A stretch of DNA of 64,000 bases from Leidyana gryllorum EB-2025a (taxonomy: Eukaryota > Protista > Apicomplexa), in assembly GCA_048772705.1 (NCBI GenBank), contig JBLWGC010000104.1, positions 744,001 through 808,000 of the forward strand, written 5' to 3'. Position 1 is the stretch's first letter. Every line of letters starts with the position of its first letter. Positions 37,915 through 48,600 of this stretch are shown here, piece by piece. The position numbers were made by a program, and so were the translations under genes. The notes under the pieces are model-generated. The model did no database searches. It was not told the DNA's origin and saw nothing but the letters and a program-made list of their open reading frames with translations.

Positions 37915-39440
37915 TCAAGAACGATTTTTTGCATCGCCTTCGAATCCGACTTCTGTCAAATATGTCATCTTCTCCTTCATCCGTCTCGCTTGCGCTTGTT
38001 TGCCTTGGTACTCGGCCATCTCTTCAGAGTCAGCTGCCACCATATTGAGGTCGCCTTCCTCATATTGAGCTTTGGTGCGGACCAAAATGGCGTACAGCGT
38101 CAAAGTGTTATTGAATCGATCCAAGTCTTGTTCGAGGAGCGTTCTGATATACCGTTCGCCTTCATCGAGTCTGTGGTGAGGAGAAGGTTATCACATCCTT
38201 TGCTCAAAGAGTAAAACTCACGAGTGTCCAGATACCACAGAGGGCTCGCGGAACCTCATGTGTTCGCAGGTCACGGGGAGTAACCGGCCCTTCACTTTAA
38301 TGTCGTTGGATCCGGCCATAGCCTCGGGGTGGAGTGATTTGAGATCAATGGATCCCGGGTCCAGTATGAGGACCAGTTTCTCTTGACCCATTGGCACCAT
38401 AGCCATTGCGATCGCGGTACTGCCGCGCAATAATAGGAGCATCACTGGGCCTGCGAAATGGTTGTTTCGTCGGTTTGAGGAGAAGCATCTCGTCTCAACT
38501 TACCCACTGTGGCTTCCCGGCAGAGCTGCTGCCAATCGCCCACGATGTCATCGAATACTTTGATTGGGAGGGCCCGAAGGACTTCCAGGCCCTGCAGCTC
38601 TTTGAGGTTTTCTAAGAATCGTTTGAAACTGGCTGGGGCTCTGTATCTCCAGTCATCTGGGAAGTGACGATCGCCAATTTCGACCAAATCACTGACGATA
38701 AGATCGCGACTGAAAGTAACGAGAATGTCCTGAGTGAGACGTCCACCAGTGATGACTGTCCTTTCGCACCATCTAATGCAACAAACCAATTTCGTTAAAC
38801 CTGACACTGATAACACCGGGACCAACACGCATTCTATCAGAGCCTGTTGTATGTCGTCGTCCTGCACGTCGGACAGTAGGGGTAGCAGCAGACTGATGAG
38901 TTCACTGCTCGCGGGTACGGGACGGAATGGGTTGGTGACGGCTAACTTCTTGGCAGTCTGGCGTTGAGGGGGGGGAGCTCCTCCTCCCTCGAGACTGCCG
39001 AGCCGCTCAGCCTGGCGGTGAGCGGTCTTTGCTTTGGTGGCCTCTGTGACCTCTACACTCGCTGAGGCATTTCCTCCCCGTCGAAAGTCCTCCCAGAGTG
39101 CACCAGGGAGATTCACATGTCCACGTAGCGCAAGTAATCTAACTTTGTCATGTAGATTCGCCAAGATTTCGGCCGCTAAACACTCTTTGGGATGTACGAT
39201 GGCCAACTCGTTGAGTTTGTCAGCCTCTATGTCGGCCGAGTACTGAGGCTGCTCCGCGGGCCGAGCTCCTCCTTTGGCTCCCGATAGACCGCCGCCGAAA
39301 CAACAGCTGAAATAGTCCTCCAGAGCACCAAACCAACTGCCCTCTTTCAATGTCACAGCTTCGGTCTCTTCGGGTAATTGAGGCATCGTCATTTGACGAT
39401 CCGCCTCGCTCTCTTGACTGGAATCATTGTCCTGCAACAT
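37915..39440 (-). CDS. Hypothetical spliced protein
   Basis: A 332-aa ORF plus downstream minus-strand ORFs, probably exons of the same gene. No recognised motif. Confidence 0.5.
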
Positions 39441-39464
39441 TGTTCGTGCAAAGTGGACGCGTGC

Positions 39465-40456
39465 ATGTCGAAAAAATTCGATAGTCCCAGAATGGCTGGC
39501 GAACCAGTGGCACTCGACATGAGTCTAGGTGAGGTGCCACAGTGTGTGCGATGCAACACCGACCATTCTCTGTGTCTGTTCAGATGACGTGATAGCGCGT
39601 GGACGAAAATCAAAACGTGCGTTGCCTTCCGGCCGGATTTAGTTCTCTACGTCTTACGGCATTGCAGCTGCCCCTCCTAGGGTCGCCAAGAAAGTTCAGA
39701 AGGTGAGTGTGTGTCGTCTACCTCCTCTCCAATTAACACGGTTCCCTCCACGCAGGATCGACAGGGCAGACGTTTTCGGCCTAATGAAGATGCATCGTTC
39801 CAACAACGACGTCCTTTCGTGAGTGAGCGAGCGTGTGTGAACGAATATTCGAGGCCGCGCTGCACAGTTGCGAGAGAATAATCGCACTCCTTGGGATGTC
39901 AATCACCCCGCGAGTAATACGCGAAGATCGCGAATTCCCGGTGAGTCGCTCTTTCGGTCACCAATATCCAAACCCTTTCGTTCTCAGTCGAAGAACGCTT
40001 ACTGAGAGTCAGCGGGTTGGAGTTCTCTGTCCTACAAGAGGATCTTATGGTATGTCTCCGGGCAACAAATTACTATTGAACCCGCGACAAATGTCTCTTT
40101 CTCTCTCTCTTATAGGAACTCTTCAGTGCTGTCGGGCCAGTTCAGAAATGCTGGATAGACTACGATCGCACTGATAGGTCGCTGGTAAGCAGCCGTCTGT
40201 CCCAACGTAGTGTTGGCACGCATGTTGTGTTGTGTTCGAATATATTTCAAACGAGAGTCTTCTTCGGTTTGGTACAACAAACAACTCTTTTTGTCAGGGA
40301 ACTGGTGGTGTGATATTTGAGTCTCCTGACGACGCTCATAGGGCCCGTCAGCTGTTCGATGGCCGCAGCATCGATGGAGGGATAATCTCGATCCAATTCG
40401 AGGGAGGAGCGACCTCGCCCACGGCTGGTGGAGTTAGACGGGTGCGAACAAGGTAG
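39465..40456 (+). CDS. ALY/REF (THOC4/Yra1) mRNA export adaptor, multi-exon
   Basis: REF-N motif LDMSL|DDVI; RRM ELFSAVGPV....DYDRTDRSL|GTGGVIF....A...FDGRSIDG. Confidence 0.85.
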
Positions 40457-40587
40457 CGAGTAGTGGAGCGGCTTTTCCGAGAATGTGAGAAAACTTGTGT
40501 GGCTGCGAACTAACTAATCTAATTGTTAGACAAGTAGTAACTCTGTCAAACTCGGTGTCAACCTTCTGGAACACATACATCTTGAAT

Positions 40588-41718
40588 ATGATGTCTACTA
40601 TGGGGAACTTCAATATGATTGGGACCAGCCAATGGTCTGCCAAAGGAGTGGAGGCACTATTGGAAGTCAGGGAACAACGAGGGGGATTGTTGGAACAGAT
40701 CAAACGGGTCGAGGAACGATTTCGGTCAGACGCAAACTTGCGCGAGGAAGCGACGAAACGCGCGGTACTGATTTCCAAGTCGGAAATAGTTCTGGTCCAA
40801 GCTGTCTACTGTGCGATCGCATATCTCCGTACCAACGATGAGCGTTTTCGTCTCCCCTTCAGTCAACTTCGCACAGCCATGCCACACACATACACTGACC
40901 TCCTGACCCAGGTGCAATCACTCGCGGACGCCATCATGAAAGAACGTTCTCGTAGACCTCAAGCGCACACGGGAACCACTGAAGACGCACAACTGACTCA
41001 ACTTTTCAAGGAAGTCGTCAACATTCTCGAAACTGACGATATGATGCTGGGAAACATCAAAAACCGCCGGAGATTGGAATTGGAAATCATCACAGGGCAG
41101 ATCCAAAGCCGCGTGGTGAAACTGAAAGAACGCGGGTTGGCTAAGGGATTGGTGGAGTCTGCCACAAACTGCACTACTGTACCCACTGTCCCTGCTGTGG
41201 AACCGCCTATCGTGGAACAGTTCGCCAACTATGAATTCGCCGGAGGCCCCAACTCACTCCAAACCCTCATGAATATCCTCATGCGGGCTGCCGATTTGTG
41301 CCGTCGGCGACTTCAACTCTGGTTAGAAATCCACGCTATGGAGATCATCACAGCCCGATCCTACCATTGGCTTCTGCGCTCCAGCACCTCTCTCATCACG
41401 CGAATCAAACAGCAAATACAACAATGTCAACAGGACCACCGAGATCTATCCGCCTTCCTCGAGAAAAACGCCCGCTCACCCATTCCTCCTGAGCAGATCA
41501 AACCCGCTGACATTGTAGCGCTACTCCGCCCCGCGTCTCTCACAGTCTTTGACGTCCGATTGGAACAAAAGGAATACGACGATACACTCCTAGAAGCACA
41601 GGTCGCCCAGACCAGATTGAGCAAATTCATCAAGGACTCCATACATGATTATGACCATTTTGCCATAGGCAAACTCGGCGAAACCCTCGTGGAACTCTTC
41701 AAAGAAACCTGCCGTTGA
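40588..41718 (+). CDS. Hypothetical helical protein
   Basis: Long uninterrupted ORF with helical/coiled-coil character. No recognised motif. Confidence 0.6.
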   Translation: MMSTMGNFNMIGTSQWSAKGVEALLEVREQRGGLLEQIKRVEERFRSDANLREEATKRAVLISKSEIVLVQAVYCAIAYLRTNDERFRLPFSQLRTAMPHTYTDLLTQVQSLADAIMKERSRRPQAHTGTTEDAQLTQLFKEVVNILETDDMMLGNIKNRRRLELEIITGQIQSRVVKLKERGLAKGLVESATNCTTVPTVPAVEPPIVEQFANYEFAGGPNSLQTLMNILMRAADLCRRRLQLWLEIHAMEIITARSYHWLLRSSTSLITRIKQQIQQCQQDHRDLSAFLEKNARSPIPPEQIKPADIVALLRPASLTVFDVRLEQKEYDDTLLEAQVAQTRLSKFIKDSIHDYDHFAIGKLGETLVELFKETCR

Positions 41719-41909
41719 ATAATATCCGAATAAATCCAATAAAGATCATTGGACGCGTTGGTAAAGAGGCAAGTAGACACAAATACGTTGTAGGTAACAA
41801 CAATCTGACGCAACAAAATAGGATAAACATTAGGAACACGTTGAGCGGGTCTCGAGAGATAGATTCGAGATTGACGCTAAACAACGTGAAACGCCAGACT
41901 AGCGTTCGT

Positions 41910-42044
41910 CAGGCACGAGGCCCCCAGAAATTGCGATACGCAGAGGTGCGTAACGACGGGAAGTGGCTCGTCAGTTTTCAATGTAGCAACTAATTCGTCA
42001 TCCGCTGAGCGTCATTGACAGAACTAATGCCCCTGAGCAAGGAT
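41910..42044 (-). ncRNA. U4: U4 spliceosomal snRNA
   Basis: Minus strand reads AUCCUUGCUCAGGGGCA (U4/U6 stem II), a 5' stem-loop with kink-turn-type CAAUGA...GAUG, UUGCUACAUUGAAAACU (stem I region), Sm site AAUUUCUGG and a terminal hairpin. Confidence 0.92.
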
Positions 42045-42199
42045 AAAAAAGAAAGAAAAAAAAACTGGGGGGTACCCCAGTTTTTTCCGTGTCCCACGAC
42101 TGTCCCATACGTGTCCCACGGCAGGGAAAACCTGTTACGTCCCACCGGGATCGAGACGTGTCCGATCGGCTTGCGTTCAAGTGTGTGTGTTGCAGCTTT

Positions 42200-43074
42200 C
42201 TAAGATTTACTTAAGAGTCTGGACTCAGTAGCTCTGCTCTCGGCTTCGGCCTCCTTGAAAATGTAATCAATAGCTTTGCCGGGAGGCAGATCTGCGGGAT
42301 TGTAGAAAATCCGAACGGGAAGGTGATCGTCAATACAGCAGCCGTGATTGGGGCCTTTGCCCTCCTCAGGGGGAGGCGGAATAATAAAGTCCCGCCACAC
42401 CTGGCAGTTGAGCTGCGAGACGCGACATTGGCACAGCAGTTGCTAAAGAGATTACTCACTCTTTGTGCAAATTCCATCAATCCGTTGTGATCTGTTCTCG
42501 GCAAGTTTCTAAGAACTCGTGGGTCAATACCCATTCTTTCGGCGGCTTCTGACTCATATTCGTGTCCGTTTTTGACCCCATAGATTATGTCCAGAGCCGG
42601 AGTTGGTACGAACCCAGATACGCAACCTGTCAATGGCTCGAAGAGTAGATAGGTGGTTTTGTGAGGGTTGCGTGCACACATCTGAGCAACCAAGTGCGGC
42701 AATCCGTGAAAGGCTTTGAGATCACTGAGTCTGATCTCACGGAGTTCCTGTTGTCGCTCCTTATTGAGTTCCATTTCCATGGCTTGTTGAACTTCGGGCG
42801 GGAAGAGGGACTTGGACCAATGTTCATCGACCGTTATGGTCCTCAAGGGCTTCAGGGGGCCCTGCAGGAAGTCCATGTGGTGCCCTGCATCTTCCACTTG
42901 GCCATTCTGCGGATGCATTGGTTCTTGGCTGACCTCGTTCGGCACCGCAGAATCACCTGCACCACCCGGCTCTTCCAGTCGAACACTTTCATCCTTCTCG
43001 CGGACACTCTTCTTGGAAGGCCTCACGGCTCTCTCAGGCTTTGGTATAGCAGCCGGCATGTTAGCTGTTGGCAT
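42200..43074 (-). CDS. Hypothetical protein (probably 2 exons; start uncertain)
   Basis: Long ORF plus a frame-shifted C-terminal ORF (VWRDFIIPPP...) consistent with a GTGAGT...CCAG intron near 42402-42460. Confidence 0.55.
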
Positions 43075-43430
43075 TAACGTGCATGCAACCAAGCCACTTT
43101 TCGGTTGGATGAAGGGAGGAGATTCCATCCCCGAACTGGAAGATGGTGGGGCTGCATCTCTGAGGGAAGAGCTCTTGGGGGTCGTAGTGGGCTTCGCCAC
43201 GGTTCAATCAGTGCTGTTGTTGTGTTGATTAACTGCTGTTATTCTATTAAGTTGCTAAGTCGTTTGGTAGGACAGGGGAAAAGGTAGTGCTGGTTAGAGA
43301 GTCAGGGGGTGAGGAGTAGCTCTGTATGTTGCTTCACACCCATCCACCATTGCACCCCCTTTCACCCCGAGTCATTACATAATTTGCGTTTTTTTCTTTC
43401 CGCCTTGCGCCCAGTGGGTGCCTGACCAGC

Positions 43431-44582
43431 ATGGGCTTTCCTTGTGTCTTGGTGATTGACGAGCCCATCATTGACCTGATCAAAGAGGTCGACGACGACT
43501 TTCTGAAGGCATATGGGGTGCAAGATGGCGAGATAACTCGTTATAATCCAGATGTGCACAGCGATTTGTATGAGGTGCTCAAGTCCGCCGATTCAACAGT
43601 TGTGCTCCCGGGAGGGAATGCTCAGAATACTGCCCGAGTGTGTCAGGCTCTGAGTCCGTACGATGGGCGAACCGGTTTCATGGGGGCCATCGGGATGGAT
43701 ATATACGGAACGATGATGACCAAAGAGGCTGAGGCATGCGGAATGGTATGTGACTACACATCGATTGTGAACGAGATGACGTCTCGTTGTGCGGTGTTGG
43801 TAAACAAGCGAACACGGGAACGCACAATGGTGACGGACTTGGGCGCATCGAACCATTTGAGAGAAGAGCATCTGGATATGGAGAGGATCGAGGCTGCGAA
43901 GGTGATCTTTTGCGGAGGGTTTATGGCTTTCTCTCAGGCCGAGATGGTGACCAAATTGGCTAAATCCGTTGCCGAGCGAGCGGAGCAGGTCTGGTCGACA
44001 TCTTTGGGAGCTCCCTTTGTGGTATCGATGTGTTCCAAGGTGCTGGGTGAATGGCTGCAATTAGCAAATATGGTAGTTGGGAATGAGTCAGAGTGGAAGG
44101 CCTACGGACAAGATCAAGGATGGGCCAAGGAGATGAGTGTTCAGGAAATCATCAAGCGAGTATGTGATGACACGCCTTGGAGGTGTGGGATGCATAAGTC
44201 TAGAATCGTAATTGCGACCCAGGGCCCTAAGCCTACTCTGGTCGCCTATCGCTCTAACGCCAAAGCCTTGACAACGCTTCAAGAGTATCTTGTCAAAGAG
44301 GTCCCAGCTGAAGAAATTGTTGATACAAACGGATGCGGTGACGGCTTTGCAGGAGGATTCCTATATGCATGGTCAAGAGGAGCTACTTTGGCCAAGTGCG
44401 TTCGAGTTGGCCAAGTGTGTGGACGCGAAGTGCTGAGAAACAACGGTGCGGTCTTTGACCTAGCGGAGTACAGTAAGAAGCTGAATCTCGAAATTGACGA
44501 GTGGTTAGTCGATGACTCCACTTTAGCCCAAACTACCACTGGAGCATCGTCTACATCTGAGACAGAATCGGACCTTCATTGA
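43431..44582 (+). CDS. Adenosine kinase paralogue 1 (PfkB family)
   Basis: PGGNAQNTAR, FMGAIG.D.YG, RTMVTDLGAS, GNESE, ATQG, IVDTNGCGDGFAGGFL. Confidence 0.9.
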   Translation: MGFPCVLVIDEPIIDLIKEVDDDFLKAYGVQDGEITRYNPDVHSDLYEVLKSADSTVVLPGGNAQNTARVCQALSPYDGRTGFMGAIGMDIYGTMMTKEAEACGMVCDYTSIVNEMTSRCAVLVNKRTRERTMVTDLGASNHLREEHLDMERIEAAKVIFCGGFMAFSQAEMVTKLAKSVAERAEQVWSTSLGAPFVVSMCSKVLGEWLQLANMVVGNESEWKAYGQDQGWAKEMSVQEIIKRVCDDTPWRCGMHKSRIVIATQGPKPTLVAYRSNAKALTTLQEYLVKEVPAEEIVDTNGCGDGFAGGFLYAWSRGATLAKCVRVGQVCGREVLRNNGAVFDLAEYSKKLNLEIDEWLVDDSTLAQTTTGASSTSETESDLH

Positions 44583-44648
44583 ATCCAATGTGTCAATCAA
44601 TAGCTTAGAATATTTCTTTCGCGTTAAGAAATAAATTCCACCATCAGC

Positions 44649-45752
44649 ATGGGTGTCTGCACCAGTTCTGCGGCTCCTGTCATCCTCGGATGCGGTAATC
44701 CGCTTCTCGACATCCAGGTTGAGTCGGAGAAAGCCACAATCGCCAAGTACAACCTGCACAATGGCGAGGCGGTCCTTTACGACCCGGCCAGGCAGACGAC
44801 CATCTACGAGGATTGCCGTCAAGACCCCAATGTTGTGTACATCCCCGGCGGAGGCACCCAAAACAGTATGAGAGTCGCGGCTGCCTTGTGCACCGTCCCC
44901 GGGTACGTTGGCTACCTCGGCTGCGTCGGCAACGACGAGGAAGCTAAGATCATGGGTGATGCCGCTACCAAGGCTGGGGTCAAGGTTGTCTACCAAGTCC
45001 ATCCCACTGAGAAAACCGGACTCTGCGCTTGCCTCATCGAAAAGGAGTCTCGTGACAGAGTTATGTGCACTCGTCTGGGAGCTGCTTGCTGTTTCGATCC
45101 GGCTCATCTGCACAAGAACTGGCACATGGTCGAGCAGGCTCGTGTCCTCTACAGTGCTGGATTTTTTGTCTCTTCCTCGGCAGAGTCTATGCTCAAGATA
45201 GCCAAGTTCTGTGCCCCCCGCGAAGACAAATTCTGGGCCTGCGGACTGAATGCCGAATTCATTCCGGTGGTGTACAAGGATCAGGTCCTTCAGTGGCTCA
45301 AGTACGCCAATTTGTTCGTCGCCAATGAACTGGAGTGGCCAGCCATGGCTAAGGCCTTCAACTGGGAAGAAGGCTTGGATCAGCGTCAAATGTTGCTCAA
45401 AGTCTGTGAGGCTCCGGAATGGGAGTGCCACCCCTCGAAACCTCGCATCGTGGTTGCCACCCAAGGTGCCAACCCAACTCTGGTGGCTTATCGGATGAAA
45501 GCATCGGATGCTGTTCGCGTGGAAGAATTTCCCGTAGCACCAATTGCCAAGGAGTTGATTGTGGACTCAAATGGTTGTGGAGACTCTTTTGTCGGCGGGT
45601 TTTTGTACGGATGGAGCAAGGGGTTCCGGTTGGAGAAATGTGTGGAACTCGGTCATTTGTGTGCCCGTCAACTCCTCCAAGGCCAAGGAAACCAATTCGA
45701 TCTCAGTGCCATTCGCGACCAGTTGGTCGCCCAGGGCGAGGAAAGTATTTGA
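44649..45752 (+). CDS. Adenosine kinase paralogue 2 (PfkB family)
   Basis: GNPLLDI, PGGGTQNSMR, YLGCVGND, TGLCAC, ANELE, ATQG, IVDSNGCGDSFVGGFL. Confidence 0.93.
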   Translation: MGVCTSSAAPVILGCGNPLLDIQVESEKATIAKYNLHNGEAVLYDPARQTTIYEDCRQDPNVVYIPGGGTQNSMRVAAALCTVPGYVGYLGCVGNDEEAKIMGDAATKAGVKVVYQVHPTEKTGLCACLIEKESRDRVMCTRLGAACCFDPAHLHKNWHMVEQARVLYSAGFFVSSSAESMLKIAKFCAPREDKFWACGLNAEFIPVVYKDQVLQWLKYANLFVANELEWPAMAKAFNWEEGLDQRQMLLKVCEAPEWECHPSKPRIVVATQGANPTLVAYRMKASDAVRVEEFPVAPIAKELIVDSNGCGDSFVGGFLYGWSKGFRLEKCVELGHLCARQLLQGQGNQFDLSAIRDQLVAQGEESI

Positions 45753-45917
45753 GTTTTATTTAGTGCAAATCCTCCTAGTTACCTCTGAGCTAAGCTGAAA
45801 ACGACGGAGACAAAGCAGAGTTGCAGTCGCAAAAAAATCGATTTCGGAATTTATTTCCATTCTAAATCCAAAACAAACTAACCAATCGACCACAACACTT
45901 CTTTATCCCGACCAACA

Positions 45918-48459
45918 ATGGCTACTACATTCGCCTTCAATGCTGACATTCAGCAGTTGATGAGTTTGATCATCAATACCTTCTACAGCAACAAGGACAT
46001 TTATCTGCGTGAGCTTATCTCCAACGCTTCCGATGCCATCGATAAGGCTCGCTACCGCGCCCTTACCGAACCCGACTTTGTCAAGGACGAGCCTTCTTAC
46101 ACCATCAAGCTCATCCCCAACAAGGACGCATCTACTCTTACCATTGCCGACACTGGTATTGGTATGACCAAGAACGAGTTGATCAACAACCTCGGTACTA
46201 TCGCCCGCTCTGGCACCAAGGCCTTCATGGAGGCTCTCGAGAGCTCCACTGGCGACGTCAGCATGATCGGTCAATTCGGTGTCGGTTTCTACTCGGCTTA
46301 CCTCGTCGCTGACAAGGTCACTGTTGTCACCAAGCACCCCGAAGATGAGCAATACATCTGGGAATCCGCTGCTGGTGGCTCCTTCACTGTGGCCCCCTGG
46401 ACTGAGGAGTCTGGCTACCCCAAGATCAACCGCGGTACTCACATCGTTTTGCACATGAAGGAGGACCAGGCCGAATATCTTGAGGAGCGCAAGATCCGCG
46501 ACCTCGTCAAGAAGCACTCCGAGTTCATCAACTTCAACATTGAGCTCGCCTGCAAGAAGACTAAGACTGAGGAAGTCCCTCTTGAGGGTGAGGAACTCGA
46601 GGCTGCTCTGAAGAAGGAAGCCGAGGAAAAGGAGAACAAGAAGACTGAAGGCGAAGAGGAAGAAAAGAAAGACGAAGACAAGAAGGACGACGAGGAGGAG
46701 AAGAAGGACGAGGAGGAAGAGAAAAAGGAGGACAAACCCAAGACTAAGAAGGTCACCACCGACTACGTCGAATATGAGACCCTCAACAAGAACAAACCCA
46801 TCTGGATGCGCAAACCTGAAGAGGTTACCGAGGAAGAGTACGGCAACTTCTACAAGAGCATCAGCAATGATTGGGAAAGCCACCTCGCTGTCAAGCACTT
46901 CAGCGTGGAGGGCCAACTTGAGTTCAAGGCCGTTCTCTTCGTCCCCAAACGTGCTCCCTTCGACCTCTTCGAGACTCGCAAGAAGCGCAGCAACGTCAAA
47001 CTCTATGTTCGTCGTGTCTTTATCACCGACGATTGCGAGGACCTCATCCCCGAGTGGCTCGGCTTCATCAAGGGTGTCGTCGACTCCGAGGACCTCCCTC
47101 TCAACATCTCTCGTGAGACCCTCCAACAGAACAAGATCCTCAAGGTCATCCGTAAGAACCTTGTCAAGAAGTGTCTTGAGCTGTTCGCCGAGCTCACCGA
47201 GAAGAAGGAAGACTTCCTCAAGTTCCATGAGCAGTTCGGCAAGAACCTCAAGCTCGGTGTCCACGAGGACAGCACCAACCGCGAGAAGGTAAATACAAAC
47301 AATCCGGCCTGATGAGTGAGACGGCACTCAAGCGAAAGATCACTGTTCATTAATCGCAATGATCTTGGGTAATACAGTGCTAAAATGAGGGAGTATGGAA
47401 AGAGCCTCATATGAGCCCGAGTTCTTCGGGCTCCGGGGAACACTGCCATACAACCGGTGCGGTCCTTAAGGCGTCCATGAGAGGTTGGGAGTTGCACCCG
47501 CAACAGCCCAACCCGGAGGTCAGTGTGCCTCTGGACCTCATGGAATCTGAGTCATAACCGTTCCACATCTCACTTCATCGCTACGTTTGTGTGACTGCTA
47601 CTGTACACTGAGCCCTTCGTCACACTTGTTGCCCTTTCAGATCGCTGATCTCCTGCGCTTCCACACCTCCAAGTCCGGTGATGAAGTTGTTTCACTCCGC
47701 GAGTACTGTGACCGCATGAAGGAAGGCCAGAAGGTCATCTACTACATCACTGGCGAATCCAAGGCCGCCGTCGCCAACTCGCCCTTCTTGGAGGGACTCA
47801 AGAAGCGCGGTCTTGAGGTTGTATACATGACCGACCCCATTGATGAGTATGTCGTCCAGCAACTCCGCGAGTTCGACGGAAAGAAACTCCAGTGCTGCAC
47901 CAAGGAGGGTCTCGAGCTTGCTGACTCCGAGGAGGAGAAGAAGAAGATGGAGGAGCTCAAGGCCTCCTATGAGCCTCTCTGCAAGTTGATGAAGGAAGTA
48001 CTCCACGACAAGGTCGAGAAGGTCCAACTCGGCGAGCGCGTCAGCGACTCTCCTTGTGTCCTCGTGACATCTGAGTTTGGCTGGTCCGCCAACATGGAAC
48101 GTATCATGAAGGCCCAAGCTCTTCGTGACAACAGCATGACTTCCTACATGGTTTCTAAGAAGACTATGGAGATCAATCCTCAGCACCCCATCATGCAGGA
48201 GTTGAAGAAGAAATCCGAGACTGACAAGTCCGACAAGACTGTCAAGGATCTCATCTGGCTCCTCTTCGACACTGCTCTGCTCACCTCTGGTTTCTCGCTC
48301 GACGAACCCACCAGCTTCAGCAGCCGTATCCATCGTATGATCAAGTTGGGTCTCAGCATCGATGAAGACCCCGCTGATCTCGAGGGTGAGGACTTACCTC
48401 CTCTGGAGGAGGCTGAGGGAGCAGCTGAGGAAGTTTCCAAGATGGAAGAGGTCGACTAA
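45918..48459 (+). CDS. HSP90: Cytosolic HSP90 (exons 45918-47288 and 47641-48459)
   Basis: [66 protein letters not shown]-terminal MEEVD; GT at 47289, AG at 47640. Confidence 0.99.
47306..47553 (+). ncRNA. Candidate intron-encoded structured RNA (large box C/D-like) in the HSP90 intron
   Basis: TGATGA at 47310 and CTGA at 47547 are closed by GGC/GTC, with multiple internal helices (see findings). Confidence 0.55.
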
Positions 48460-48600
48460 GCGATATCAAAGTTTAGTAGTTTTGTTCCTCATTCTGTTAT
48501 AGCCATCAACATACTTCCGGGAATCTGCGAAAAAATACAAACGAAACGAGACACCTTCACGATCGAACACGTGTTTGTGCTCGCACGATCACACAGTTCG

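Noticed and set aside
45903-47327. 474-aa antisense ORF over HSP90 (also 7116-7991 over DDGS, 21759-22385 poly-Val, 47692-48333)
   Set aside because: These are shadow ORFs caused by strong codon bias or low complexity on the coding strand.
47301-47375. Hammerhead ribozyme in the HSP90 intron (CTGATGA...CGAAA...stem III AGATCA/TGATCT)
   Set aside because: Core motifs and stem III are present, but stem I pairs for only 1 bp, stem II has a bulge next to the core, and the cleavage triplet would be CUU. A C-box reading fits better.
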